A stretch of 64,000 bases of DNA. Source: Sphagnum compactum. Its lineage: Eukaryota. The translations under genes were made by a program, and so were the position numbers. The notes under the pieces are model-generated. The model was not told the origin of the DNA. It saw only the letters and a program-made list of their open reading frames with translations, and made no database searches. Positions 16,101 through 28,840 of this stretch are shown in pieces. The stretch is from positions 3,348,001 through 3,412,000 of the forward strand of contig OZ234494.1 of the NCBI GenBank assembly GCA_965153455.1, in the 5' to 3' direction. Position 1 is the first letter of the stretch; each line of letters starts with the position of its first letter.

Positions 16101-18403
16101 ATTGGATTGATTCTTACTCCTACTGCTCTGAGTCTGTACAGTGAAGTATTTACTTTCTTGATGCGCACTAAGCTGACAGTCTATGGATTGGAAGATACAT
16201 GGCAGTATCTTCAGGTATGGCGTTTGTCTTATTGTCCTGTCATGTTTATATCAATCACTTAAGGCCCATATTAAGGCCCATATTCCTGCATGTTGTCTAG
16301 CTAGGCCTTTGCCACTCTGGTCTCTGACAGAACATCTTGCATGTAGCTCTAGCAGAATCAACCCTCAAATTTGGTGAAAATTAGGATGTGTCAATGTTCT
16401 GCTTTTTGACTTTGTTTGCCATGTCTTCAACTTTATGCTCATGACATTTTGTTGCTTTGGATGGTACAGAAGGATCTATGTTTGATGTGGAAGTTCAGTA
16501 GCACCATCAGGAATTGTCATTTGTACTAAGTTCCATTGCTGTCATTGATGGATAATTTGTCTGATTGATTTGCAGGTAATAGGACGCTCCCTTGACAAAA
16601 GCAGGCAGGCTTCAGACTATGAACAACAAAAAAAGAGGTTTCGGATGCTACAGCTTTTCAGGTCAATTTTTTTAATACCTTGTGCACTCTTCTCTAGCTT
16701 ACTTTTGGAAAGCTAAGTTGTGCAATGTTGTACGAAGCATGGCTCTAAGACTTGTGCAAGGATGTGGATGCAGGCAGCAGATAGGGCATGTAGTGACCAC
16801 AGTCCAGTACTATGTTGAGTCCCAACTGCATCATGTTGTTTGGGGAAGATTTGTTGACTCTGTCCAGCAACAGGTATGCACTAATCATTAAGAAGTAAAA
16901 CTGTTGCATGCTCCAGACGCTGTTTTTTGGGCTACCATACCTGATGGGTAAAAAGATGTAATGTCTACTTTGTTCAAAGGACTGTAGATTGTCAAATTTT
17001 GCAGCCTTCAAAAAAATCTCCAGATGAAGCACATCCACAAATGGATTTGAACATCTGCTGCTACACACCTTAACTTGTAAGGTTCATGATGTGAATTTGA
17101 TCAGTGAAACCAACTTTGAAGGCTTGTTTTAGGCCTGATATCATTGCAACTGCATAGAAAGATTCTTTGATATCACAGTTTGCAAGGTGCTGTGGGAAGT
17201 GGACCAGCTCTTGAAACTTTTTGAACTACTTTGTAAACGTACTCGGGAGTGCGGGTTGGGACAGGTGAAAGATATACATGATTTGGAACAGGTGCATTCA
17301 GCCTATATAGAAGACTGCTGCCACCAGTAAGGCTGCCACTGTTCATTGCATCACTTAAGCTTGAGTTTGGCAGTACGAGTTGCCTAGAAAACTTGGGTGT
17401 GCAAACTGATTGACAGTGGAGTAGACAATTTCTATAGTTCAGCAGATGATGAATTGTATGCTCGAATGTGAAGAGTATGCGGTTTTTTTGTGGGAGGTGA
17501 TTTTTACATCCAGGGACATGTTTTTGACTGACCACGTGTTTCTAGAAAGCAGTTATGTTGGAAATGGTTAACGTTATGCTTGAAGATTTGACTCACAGGT
17601 GCTTCCTGTCAAGAGATATGAATGGGGTGAAGGCTTGCATTGACACCATCATGCAATGCACTCTAGACTTCCGGGCCCATCTCAGTACAGCTAGTCAGGA
17701 AGGCGATAGCAACTCTTCTAACCTCATAAATGACAACCTGTTTGTAAAGGCATGGTTCCTCATTTTTCTGATGCTACTCTGTCTGGACCTTAATTCAATA
17801 TTACTGAGCAGGAATCTTGAAAGTGCTTGAAGTTTCTCCATTGATAGCTGTGCATGCCAGCACTGAGTTACCAGTAGAAACTGTGTCTGTGAATGGGAAA
17901 GGGAGCTGTGTTACGGACAACTGTTTCAAACAAATGATTGTCACGGAGTTTGAAAGCCCATGATTTCCTCAATGAGTCATGTAGCAGTAATTGGACAAAT
18001 GCAAGTGTCTCTGTGTTCTTGTGTTTCTGTAAATCCTAGAACCTGTTTGTGTATGGGGAATTCAAAGGGGTCCTTGCAGGAAGAATCAGGCAACCAAGTT
18101 GCTCTGGTCATTGTGTACCTTGGAGGAGGCATCCACTCTAAGGTTGCGAAGAGACCATAGCATATTATGTGTTGGCAGACACCATATGATCTTCCTCACC
18201 TTGTGTTGAAGTTCTGATGTTTATGTAGTGCAATTGTGCAGGTGCTTGATGTGAAGTACACGTTTGAGGCCAGTCTACGGAAACTGTATGCATTTCACCG
18301 GAGGCCAGAACCACAGTACCGAATTTTGCTCAGTGAGTTCTGGATGTGCCTGGACTTCAATGGCTTTGTTGCACACACCTGTTCACAAGCACCGCCATCT
18401 TGA
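10123..18403 (+). CDS. GCP6: Gamma-tubulin complex component 6 (Spc97/Spc98 family), about 15 exons
   Basis: Plant GCP6-like motifs: PWEL, ERDLVRDAIYALQG..ADRTSHSLQTLWLRSSST, LVNQAFA, ITLLELYLHT, RGADLLTYLY, DPFEEF, ALRRYYFMERGDWA, LGYKVDWP, FWMCLDFN. Exons: 10123-10484, 10623-10953, 11098-11973, 12084-12302, 12405-12913, 13201-about 13915, about 13994-14677, 15166-15307, 15530-15746, 16051-16214, 16576-16661, 16774-16873, 17265-17326, 17599-17743/17749, 18242-18403. The exon 6/7 junction is uncertain. Confidence 0.9.
14678..15165 (+). other. U12-type (minor spliceosome) GT-AG intron in GCP6
   Basis: Donor GTATCCTC, branch site TTTCTTAAC at 15148-15156 lying 9 nt from the end of the intron, no long pyrimidine tract. 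Splicing restores ...QEILSQYQLVS... Confidence 0.8.
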
Positions 18404-19624
18404 CCCCCCATTCAGAGGCAACTTTCCAATCAGAACCTAGCTACCTGATTCAAAATTCCTCAAAGATTGCATTCTATTAAACGTCACAAGGGTCACGGTT
18501 TTGCCTTGGTTGGCGAACTCCATTTTTCAAATTTCAGGCTCAGATGAATTGTGATTGCACACTGCTTCTAGTGTAGCTAATCTGCAAACTCTGAAAGTTT
18601 TACCCCATGTATATCCATGTCTCAGGTATTAGAGAGAGATTGAGAGATTGCGAGAGAGAGAGAGAGAGAGAAACTCTGCTGGGGTTACCAGTTAGATTTC
18701 TGCCATATGTACTATTTTACCATTTGAACAAATTCAAAGGTTTAAAGCTGCCTTGGAGGTGGCGAGTTGTGCCCTCCATAGACCCATTTTTTGGTCATGC
18801 TTGGTTCTGTCTACCCTATATCCAAATTTTGAAGGTACCACCAGACTTGCACCATTTATGGACTACATGCACGATACGGCAAGTCCGGCGGTATTATCAT
18901 AACCTTTGTCTTGATGGTTTCTGAAACCTAAATATTTGAAATATTTTTATCGTATTGGATGTTACGATATCATTGTGGAGACAATAAAAAGCATGTGCAG
19001 GAGCAAATTGCCACTTTTGACATGGACCACAAAGATAGAAAGGGTTCACCAATGAAACCAATTGTGTTTTTCACCAATAGTGAAAATTTAAAAAGGGATG
19101 GAGAAAAGAATGGTAAAGGTGTGTCTATGAAGTATAAGGCATCATGACCCTGTGAATGTAAAGCTTCTTGTGCTAATAGAGCCAGTGGCTTATATGTGCA
19201 ATAGCTTTGTCCCTTATGACAAGTTCAAACCAGTAATAGTTAAAAATATGAAAATGTTCCATGAAGTTCCCGAAAAAATGAACTCACAATTTAAGGTAAT
19301 GATTTTGTCTATGTTAAGCTTCTAGTGCTGATACAAATAGTGATGAGGTTCTCATGACCACTGTCCACGAGACCACTGGTAAGGACTGCTGCCCAAATTT
19401 GATTCACACAGTTTTGAAATTCTTGAATGTCACATGATCATGCTCTTAAGGTTCTGTCTTGTTTCTCTGTTTTCTCTTCCTCTTTTCTTCTTGCAACTCC
19501 CCTTTTGCTTTTATGTGTTTCCTTTCTGTGTTTCCTTTTATCTTCTTGGTTTCTTTGGTCTTCTCCTTCTCTTTTTTAACTTGTTTTGCTAGGCAGCATC
19601 ATCACTTAGTTTTCTTTTTGCTGC

Positions 19625-20001
19625 TAGTGATTCAATGGACTTGCAATAAGATAAGTGCAATATTGATAATGAAGAGATGTTTCCAATGGTTTGAGGAATC
19701 TCCTTAAGATTTTCACATTCTTTCAACCATAATGTGTCAAATGCTTCAAGTCACTAATTGTTGTTGGTAGTGATTCAATGGACTTGCAATAAGATAAGTC
19801 CAATATTGATAATGAAGAGATGTTTCCAATGGTTTGAGGAACCTCCTTAAGATTTTCACATCCATTCAACTTTAGTTCGGTCAAATGCTTCAAGTCACCA
19901 ATTGTTGATGGTAGTGATTCAATGGACTTGCAATCAGATAAGTCTAATATTGATAATGAAGAGACGCTTCCAATGGTTTGAGGAACCTCCTTAATAAACA
20001 T
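19625..20001 (-). pseudogene. Isolated leucine-rich repeat fragment (NLR-type 24-aa LRRs), frameshifted
   Basis: LKEVPQTIGNISSLSILDLSYCKSIESLPTTISDLKHLT repeats. A third LRR pair continues out of frame to about 19630. No NB-ARC, TIR or start context nearby. Confidence 0.75.
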
Positions 20002-22504
20002 AACCTGTTGTTTTGTAGATCAACATTGGCCTATAGTTGATTGACGTGGTTGAGACTTTTAAAAAACTTGCTCGTTAGTGTCCATCTTAGTGGCTTGGTG
20101 AAAAAATCAAGTCCGTATCCATTGTTTGTATGTCCTCCTAAGCTAAGTGGAAAGCTTCTTATGAGGTATAGTTTACGACTATTCCTATTGGTCATAACCA
20201 ACTTCATTTGATTATGGACAAGTTGATTGTTGATTTCCCTAATTTATGCAAAAAATTGCAATTGAACAAGATGGGCCAAGGTGTTTGGAATTATAAAAAT
20301 GGAAGAGGCACTTGTACCTCATGAGTATGGCATGGAAGTAACAAGCCATAGGGACCCTATTTCATATGGCAAGTAAATTTTTAAACTTTTTATTTTATTT
20401 TTTTAAGTTTTGATTTTATTTTTTGGTTTGAATTTGTTTGATGATTTTCTAAAATAGTAACTTGTTGTTTTAGTAAGTATAACCATTTTGATAAGCATTT
20501 ACGTGATAAAATGATGCAAATCATTTTTAGTGAATTTAGATTTGGTTGATTAATTTGTTTCAAGGAGGCTTTTAGTGAGGAAAAGGCTGTGTATGAAAAT
20601 ACTAAGGTAGATGGATGAAGAGGTAAGTGATTTGTTGTCTAATGTTTTTGTGTTTGCATTATTTATATAGTTTTTGGTTTTGTAGGTTTATAGTGATTTT
20701 ATTGGAGAATCACATTTTGATACTATTGGTGTTATTGTTGTGTTTAATGGTGTGGTTGGAGGTTCTCCTATACATTGGGTCTATGATTTTTCCATCATTG
20801 TTACATTTGGAGGACCTCCTTTTGACATCCTTATTGGGGTCCCTTCTTTTAACTACAATGTTATTGTTGGCCCTAGAGACTAGGAAAAGATTGTCAATCA
20901 AGTTCTTGGTGCAACTGGTGTTGGTTTTATGGATTGACAAAAAAACGTGGTGAAAGTTGTAGATTTTGGCATTGGTGAATTTGGATCTGTGATGGATTTA
21001 GAAGATTCATTTTGGAACACCATGTTTGAGAAATAGCTACCCAAGTATAAGGATCGATTGGATACTATTTTTTCGTGTCGCCCTGTTGAAATGGTCAATG
21101 TTAACATTGCCTTCGGCTATTCTAGCCATGTCTTTAGAAATTTGTAGAATTTGCCTTATTAACATTACATATATAGTTGATCCAAAATTTGACAACCCAT
21201 ACTCCTAATTACCAATTGCTCAGTCAGAATTGCATAAATTTATGCTTACATATACACATAGGTGTAAGCTTTGGTGCACTCCAAAATAGTAGGCATAGAA
21301 CTCACACTGGATGTTTTGTTGGTTGCCATAGTGAAAAAATTCATCGAAAACAAAAACATTGCTTACATTATCATAAATGATCACATGGCTCCATTATTGA
21401 TCTTGTTTGATGTTATTCAAATGCTGGAGCAAGTTTTAGAGGTGGAAGATGAAAAACTCGACTTTAACACAATGTAAAGATAAGAACATGATAAACAATT
21501 GAAGTTAACAATGCAATTAAAACAATGTCTGATTTTTTCACACTTATAACCCCTAAATATTGTTTGCAAATTGTCTCAAGAAGCAGCAATGACTTATTGA
21601 ATTTCACCTTCGTATCTAACACAAAAGCTTAAAATTAAATGTTTACAATCCTTATCGGCCGCAACCTATGATCACAATTAACAAAAACGTTCATGAGTTG
21701 TTATCTTTTGATGAACAAGCAATGTGGCCAACAAAGATTCAAGGAAAACAATGAACTATATAGGTCACGTGAGGCCACCAAATTCACAACAACAATTGAG
21801 GTAGAGAAGCCTAAAGGACTTGAAGAAATGATGATGACATGAACAAGCATTGCTAGGATTAACCACATAGCTCTCCTAGTGTTTTCTAAGATTTTCAAGC
21901 AAAATGGCAACCATCCATAAGGTGTAAGAAAAATAGGGATTGTTCCTATGAACATTTAACCAAATCTAGCATTAAACCAATATGAAATATAAAATTTTTA
22001 TCGTCCTTTTATATTTTTGGCTACACACGAAAAATCAATTATAGAAACTTGACACATTAAAAAAACATCATTTTGTTAGTGGCAAAATTGGTTCAAAAAT
22101 CAAATTGTGACATTTGTTGGTTTGATCAATCAATCATTCTAAACAAGTCAATTTTGATATGATCAAGTGGCCTATTCATGATTTTTTTAATGGTCTTTTT
22201 TACTAGTGGTTCTTTTTTATTGTTGTTTTTGTATTGGTCATATTAACTAGTCAAATTGGTCAACTGTCATTTTGACTATTAATAATCCAAATGAACAAAA
22301 AATTGACTTGATATGTAGGTAGGTCCTAGATAAGTAAGCATGTAACAATGTGTTTTTTCCCAAAATTCAAGGTAGCATAGGTGGCAAAACAAATTGAAAA
22401 GCATTAACAGACATCCGAACCTTTGTTTAGTGTTTCAATGAGCTATAAAATTTAAAGTATGAAATTTGGTTATTATTATTTTTTGACATGTTATGTACAA
22501 TTAC

Positions 22505-22800
22505 TTACAACCAACTCGAGTTGTGCCCTGATTGACCACAGACCCCACACTTGCGTCCTTCCACATATTCAAAGTGAGACTTGTCTCTGGTCGTGCTTGT
22601 CTTGTTCTTAGAGCCTGCAGGTCTGCTACGTTTCTTGACCACGACCAAGGGCTCTTGAACTTGAACATCAGGCATATCCAGGACCTGATTGAGGCGGGCA
22701 ATCAAATTGAAACTGCCTGCTCGAGGATTCCCATTATCGAATACTTGCTGTAGGGTAGCCGTCATCGTCTGCATATAATCAGACGCGCGAAGAAAGGGTG
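22505..22800 (-). mobile_element. Fragment of a Mutator-like (MULE) transposase C-terminus with zinc knuckle
   Basis: KKRSRPAGSKNKTSTTRDKSHFEYVEGRKCGVCGQSGHN (basic region plus CxxCxxxGHN knuckle) in a GC-richer island with AT-rich flanks. Confidence 0.6.
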
Positions 22801-23696
22801 TGAATTTAACCAAAAAATGTGTGAATTTAAAATTTTCCTACACATATTAGCAAAATAGATGGTTTTCTAAGTTTCACCCCCCCCCCCCCCCCTCCCCCCC
22901 TTATTTTTGTGAAAACCGGATTCAACCGGTATGAAAAATCTAATACCCGCTCAACACTGGTATATACCAATGTTGGCCGGTTCTTTGACTATCGAGACGA
23001 ACTGCCAGTTTTGGGTAAATCGAAAAAAAATCAAAATCGAAGAATCGGTAGATTCCAGGTCTTCGAAAACCATCTCAAGTAAAAAAGAACCTCCATTTAG
23101 GGGGTTTTTTTACTTTTAACCTCAAAGAACCGCCGGGTTTTATGAAAGAACCTGTCATTCACTGCCAGTTCTTTGACTTTTTTTTAATTTTCTGGGCAGG
23201 TCTTTCTGGGCCTCTGCTGGTTATGTATCTATATACCCGTCTGACCTCCGGAAAGGGTTTGGTTCAGGATCAAAGAACCACCCAACAACACGGGTATATA
23301 CTATATATATACCATCAGTGGCCGGTTCTTTCATTTTATGAGAACCTACGGTTCCAGTAACTCCACACAATTGGGAGAACCTGTGATTAACTGCCAATTA
23401 ACCTCTAGTTACCTATCCCTTGGTTCTAATGTGTTTTTTTTTTTCCCCAGTCCAATCATAGGTCTGGTTCCAGGTTTTAAAAATTAAATACCCGTACCAA
23501 CTGGTATGTTCCAAAAGTTGATACCCGCCCAACATTGGTCATGACCGGGTACAAGGGGGAACCCTAATTACCCTTGTGGGAGGGCCTAGTTTGAGGGGGA
23601 TTGCTACAAAAGGGCCCTCACTCCCACAAGAAAGAACAAGGTTTGTGTCACACTTGTGGCCTTGCTTTGCCATTTTACATTAAAAGGTATATCTTT

Positions 23697-23945
23697 TAAG
23701 GCAAAAGAAGAATTATATGAAAACTCAAATATTTTTTTCACCTTGCAAAAATAAAATCTTCAAAAAAAATCCCTCTAAAAGAAACTAAAAATCCTTCAAG
23801 ATGTATTAATTATAAACTCTCTTATTATAACTAATCTCAAGTTTCAACACAATAGCCAAAATATTATCCTTCAAAAATCTTCGTATATAAGAAAAATAGA
23901 CATAAAAATACCAAGGGGCCTATAAAAATCCATTAAGCTACTATA
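23697..23945. repeat. Dispersed AT-rich repeat, copy 2
   Basis: Colinear similarity with 7503-7745. Confidence 0.8.
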
Positions 23946-24461
23946 TTCCCTGGTAAAGCCATATAGGGGTCCTTACATGTTTTGTAAGGTCCCAAGCAAT
24001 AAAATTTGAAAGGTTCTTAAGTAGGATAAGGGGCTTATCTTTTGAACCTTTTGAGATTTTCAATACCTTTCAACATAGGCTACCGACCTTATTTGAGGCC
24101 GGTTACCTCGAAACCTCAAGAAGGTTCTCAAGATCGACCCTTCTCTGATACCTAAGGATCAAACTCTCCCACACCAAAAGGACCAAAACGCTCTCCACTG
24201 TAGCATAAGTGCTGCCTATTAAAGCTAGCTCAGCTGCAGTAAGGGTCGCTGAAGAACCCTTGTAGGTACCTAAGTAAGGATCGAACCCTTTAAGGCTACA
24301 GTGAGCCTGAGGATTCTGCTTTAGGGTTTGCAGTCAAGCTCAGATTGCTTGCTCGTCATCGACTCTACGTGATCAGATTGAGCAGGAGAAATTGCAAGGA
24401 GTGGGCTTGCTGCCCAGTGGATCGAAAGGAGAAGAAGAAGGAGTTTAGAAGGTGGTTGGGA

Positions 24462-25994
24462 ATGTCAGGAGCAGCAGCTGGAGCTGCAGCTCCATACTGG
24501 AGGAATGCAGGGATGACATACATCTCCTATGCCAACACTTGTGCGGCTATGGTGAGGAACTGCCTGAAGGAGCCTCACAAAACCAAGGCCTTGAACAGGG
24601 AACAAGTTTATTACAAGCTGCAGACATATCAGGAGGGGGAGCCCCAGAAACCTGGTATGGGATTTTCTCTTTCTCCCTTGCCCTTCTAGATCCTTAGTAG
24701 GCCTGTCTGTCTCTCTCTGTCTCTCTGGCTGTTATGGTAACATGGAAGCTAGGGTTTAGAGGTCCACTGGTGGTGGGTGAGTGACTTCTCAGCCCATTTT
24801 GTTTGTGTTGGGATTTGACCTATTCCCCCTGCTTGTTTCTTTTGTGCATTCTGGAAGATGGGTTATATGTCACCTAGTTATGTTTAGAGCTGTCCTTCTA
24901 TGGTTGAGTGTGCTGGATACAGAATCTTTGTAATCTTTGTAGTGGATATTTTGTGATTGCCTGATTTATTTCCCCTCTTTTTGTGATCCATCTTTTGGGA
25001 GACATTCCAAAAGATGGTTCGGTGACTAATTTGTGTGGTGCCAGGAGCATTTTTACAGGTGTTTCTCTCACTGATTGTTTTTCCCCCCCCTTTGTTCCTT
25101 GTGGGCTCTCTAAAGCATGGCTTATATCACTGGTGTTGCTGACAGCTTTGTATCCAAGGCTAGATAAATTGTCTTATGGCATCTCAGTTAATGGACTTGT
25201 AGTTGGTGTCTTTCCTATCTTTAGGGTTTACAGTCAAGAACAAGGGTTGTGTCACTAGGGTTGTCTGAAGCCTCCCTTGCAGGCCTGGCTTGATGTCATG
25301 TTGTTGCATTTCCATGAATGTTGTGTATGCGGGATTGGCATTTCTGGGAGGCAAGACGTTTCTCTTGTGGTCTTAGTCCTTATTTGTACATTAGGGACTT
25401 CCCTTGCAGGCCTGGCTTGATGTCATGTTGTTGCATTTCCATGAATGTTGTGTATGCGGGATTGGCATTTCTAGGAGGCAAGATGTTTCTCTTGTGGTCT
25501 TAGTCCTTATTTGTACATTAGGGACTTCCCTTGCAGGCCTGGCTTGATGTCATGTTGTTGCATTTCCATGAATGTTGTGTATGCGGGATTGGCATTTCTG
25601 GGAGGCAAGATGTTTCTCTTGTGGTCTTAGTCCTTATTTGTACATTAGGGACTTGAATGAGTGGATAGTCCATTCAGACTCTGTTGTAGACAGTCTGTCC
25701 TATATGACAACCTTAGAGCAGATGGGCAGGATCGAAGGCACATTCTTGTGTGAGACTTATATTTGAATATCTCTACTGTTCATCCAGAACACTGATCTAG
25801 ATTCCCACTTCTAATTTTAGGGCAATTGAAGGGCACATGTGGGTATCAACCTTCCTGCCCTAGTTATTGAGGAAATTTCTGTCCCATTTCCCCCTGCTCA
25901 TTTGTTTACTGTTTGGTAGCTAATTCATCTCTGATGTGCTATGATTGTAGTGGTACGGGAGACTCCCCCTGCTCCACCATTAAAGAAGGAGTAA
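24462..25994 (+). CDS. Mitochondrial F1-ATP synthase epsilon subunit (2 exons)
   Basis: [38 protein letters not shown] is the ATP-synt_Eps signature. Exon 1 24462-24654, exon 2 25951-25994 ([14 protein letters not shown]). Confidence 0.92.
25274..25654. repeat. Near-perfect 127-bp x3 tandem repeat in the ATP synthase epsilon intron
   Basis: CCCTTGCAGGCCTGGCTTGATG...TACATTAGGGACTT starts at 25274, 25401 and 25528, with only 1-2 substitutions between units. Confidence 0.95.
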
Positions 25995-26987
25995 GTAGTG
26001 ATGATGTTTCCAGAGATGTTGGAGCACAAGAATCAGGCCCTGGGATACATGGCACAAGGTTTGACAAGAATTTGGTACATTCTTGTGGCACATTTAGTAC
26101 TTTTAGACTGTTTGTTTGAACTTGCCATGCCCGGATGAGGCTTAATCCAGGATCTTTCTTGGATGTGGAATGCTCCCTTTGTCAATAAACAGTTTACAGT
26201 CCTGTGTGTCTTGTATATAAGATTTGAGTTCAATCTTTTGTTGGTTCTCTCCTGATCCATACTCATATTCAGTATTGCGACTGCATCTTGTGTTGACTTT
26301 ACGTTACAGCCTTTTGATCCATCATCTGGGGTTGAAAGAGTATGTTTTAGTAATCAGGATTGGGGCTGGCTATATCTCTCAACTGAGTCACCAGCAAAAT
26401 GCTCCAGCACTTGAACTCTTCACGTTCATCATCTTCTTTGAGCAACATGAGTGCAAACTAGATTGATGTGCAATAATTGTGAGCGAACAATACGGCAAAT
26501 CTGCCATCAACAGTCAGAAGATTCATAATGCTATGGAAATGTAACTACAACTTCCTTTGTCATCTGCAATGTCAGAAGTATAGAATAATGGCCTATATTG
26601 AGAATGTCTGGGATTTGAGGTACTTATCCCCAGGCCAGTAGCCCTGTGGATGCTCTCCAGTAGCCCCATGGATATAGAGAGCTTGTAACCATAATGCCCT
26701 CAATGTGGAGCCTTGCTCTAAACATAAAGAACCAGGGTTGATTTTCCCTTTGTTAGAAACCGGAATAGCCTGCCCATCATTGCCAGGGCATTATGACAAT
26801 ATGGAATGTACATTTCCAATTCCAATGTGTGTAATGCACACCTATCAGAAATAGAAAAATACAGAAACTGCACTGAGACATCTGTGAGGAAGAGAATAGA
26901 AACAAAAATGCAGAATTGATCTTTACGTGCTAGTACCCAAAGCACAATTTACTGAGGACCTGCTGGGCCTGAGTGCACTACCAAAAT

Positions 26988-28559
26988 TCACCGGTTGAAG
27001 GAATGCACAAATCCAAGCAATGCGTTAACCTCACGATCTTCTGACTGATACTTTACAACTGAGCTACTGTTAGCTGGGAAGAAGAGAATTGTGGGAAAAC
27101 TCTCCAGCTGCAAATATTGCTTTGCATAAGGCTTATTATCACCATCTGCCTGGAACTTGGCAACCTGTTGCCGCCCCCACCCTCACCCCCATGCAAAAAA
27201 TCCACGGACTTTAGACTTATTTATAACAAGTGTGGGTTGAAGACTATCAAATTTCAAAGGTTTTTCAAAAGGGGTTTGTTTCCATGCTATGGATTTTACA
27301 CGTATGCCATTCAGCACTATGACAATTGCGTATTATATAAGCATGGATTTTCGGAGGGCCTTAAGAGGTCGTAATGCTCTTGTACCATAGTGCCATGCCA
27401 TGTATCATAGACATTGTAATTAGTGTTGCTAATTAAAAACCTAATCCTGAATTTTAAAATGGAATGAAATATTTTACTCACGAAGACATCTGAGTGTTGA
27501 AGACGTTGTGCAACCATGTTGAATGCTGGTTCCATGGCCTGTATACACAAATTTTACACAAACCCAACTCCCCAAATCCCTTCAAACTCCACACCCATTA
27601 TTGTCTCCAATTCTAAATCCTGTTTACAGGGTTGGGACTTTGAACCCTTTCAGTTGCAGGATCAGAACTCACTTTCTTAACCTCTAGAGAATGCGTGCAG
27701 CTGGCAGCTTCTATATCAAAGCTCATAATTCTATGTGACTCTTAGAATTCTCAAATTTCAGAGTTGGGTTCAGAACAATCTTCATGGTAATTCTCCTTTT
27801 CTTCTTTTGGAAAGGTAGTAGTCCTGGGGCATGCATGTGCACACAGATACCTAGGTGGCTTGTGTTTTCATCTATTGAAAAAGGAAAACTGAAAATTGTT
27901 GTAAGGGGAAGAAGACAGTGAACCTGACAGTAGGTGCACCAGGGTGCATACAGTACCACCAACCAGGGTTTGGATCTATGGCTTGTGGCCAAGGCGTCAA
28001 TCTCATCCAGATTCAGCTGCATCACACGGCTACTGCCAAACAAATCCTCATTTCTAGAGTGCTGCTGCTGCTGCTGCTGCTGTTGCGGTGAGCTTGTATG
28101 CTGGGTGGAGTCATTAGCATTGCCTACCGTGTCAAAATTTTGTGAAGAATTGCCATGATCCTCATACGTATGATGCTCATGCAGTTGATAATCCTCATTA
28201 TGCAATTGTTGACTTGGTTGTTGTTGCTCGTAATGGCTATGGACATGATGGGCAGCAGGACTTGAGTGGTGGTGGCCATCATGATGATGATCATGGTGTG
28301 CAGCATGAGCAGCATGAGAGCCTGAGTGATGTGAGTGACTTGGCTCACCGTTATCATCAGAAAACAAAAAAGCTTCATCCCGATTGTCATGATGTGTCGA
28401 GTGATGGTGGTGATGCTCCTCCTCCTCATCCAGATGTCTGTGATGATTATGAGCTGCATTATTATAGTCATCTGAATCGTCATACAAGTTGTCATCATAA
28501 TCAGGTCTTTCTTCTGATGGATATGGGTTTCCATACTCATCAAAGTCCCACACTGACAT
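26988..28559 (-). CDS. His/Asp/Gln-rich N-terminus fused to an APS-reductase-type thioredoxin domain (289 aa, 3 exons)
   Basis: Exons 28559-27924, 27538-27482 and 27164-26988 join with phase-0 GT-AG introns. They give DLFGSSRVMQLNLDEIDAL..KPWLVVLYAPWCTYCQ|AMEPAFNMVAQRLQHSDVF|VAKFQADGDNKPYAKQYLQLESFPTILFFP..VKYQSEDREVNALLGFV, colinear with the APR C-terminal domain. Confidence 0.85.
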
Positions 28560-28774
28560 CTTTCCCCACCACCACCCTCCTCCTTCTCCTCCTCCTCCTC
28601 CTCCTCTTCTTCGTCTTCACACCACCTCCAAGACAATGTTGCATCTTGAAGTTCCAAACGTTGTCTCCACCTGATGACAATCACAACAGAATACAATACA
28701 CCGCACCATTCCAGAACCCTCCTTGATGTTGCTGGTCTATGGATATGGAAATGTATATGGATATGCCAGATAGG

Positions 28775-28776
<2 letters not shown>

Positions 28777-28840
<64 letters not shown>
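28777..28840. repeat. Compound (CT)n(CA)n microsatellite upstream of the thioredoxin-domain gene
   Basis: Direct reading. Confidence 0.95.

Noticed and set aside
20040-22300. Stop-riddled coding-like stretches
   Set aside because: Probably decayed TE, but no family motif could be recognised
25274-25654. H/ACA snoRNA cluster (127-nt units)
   Set aside because: No convincing ANANNA hinge or two-hairpin layout seen
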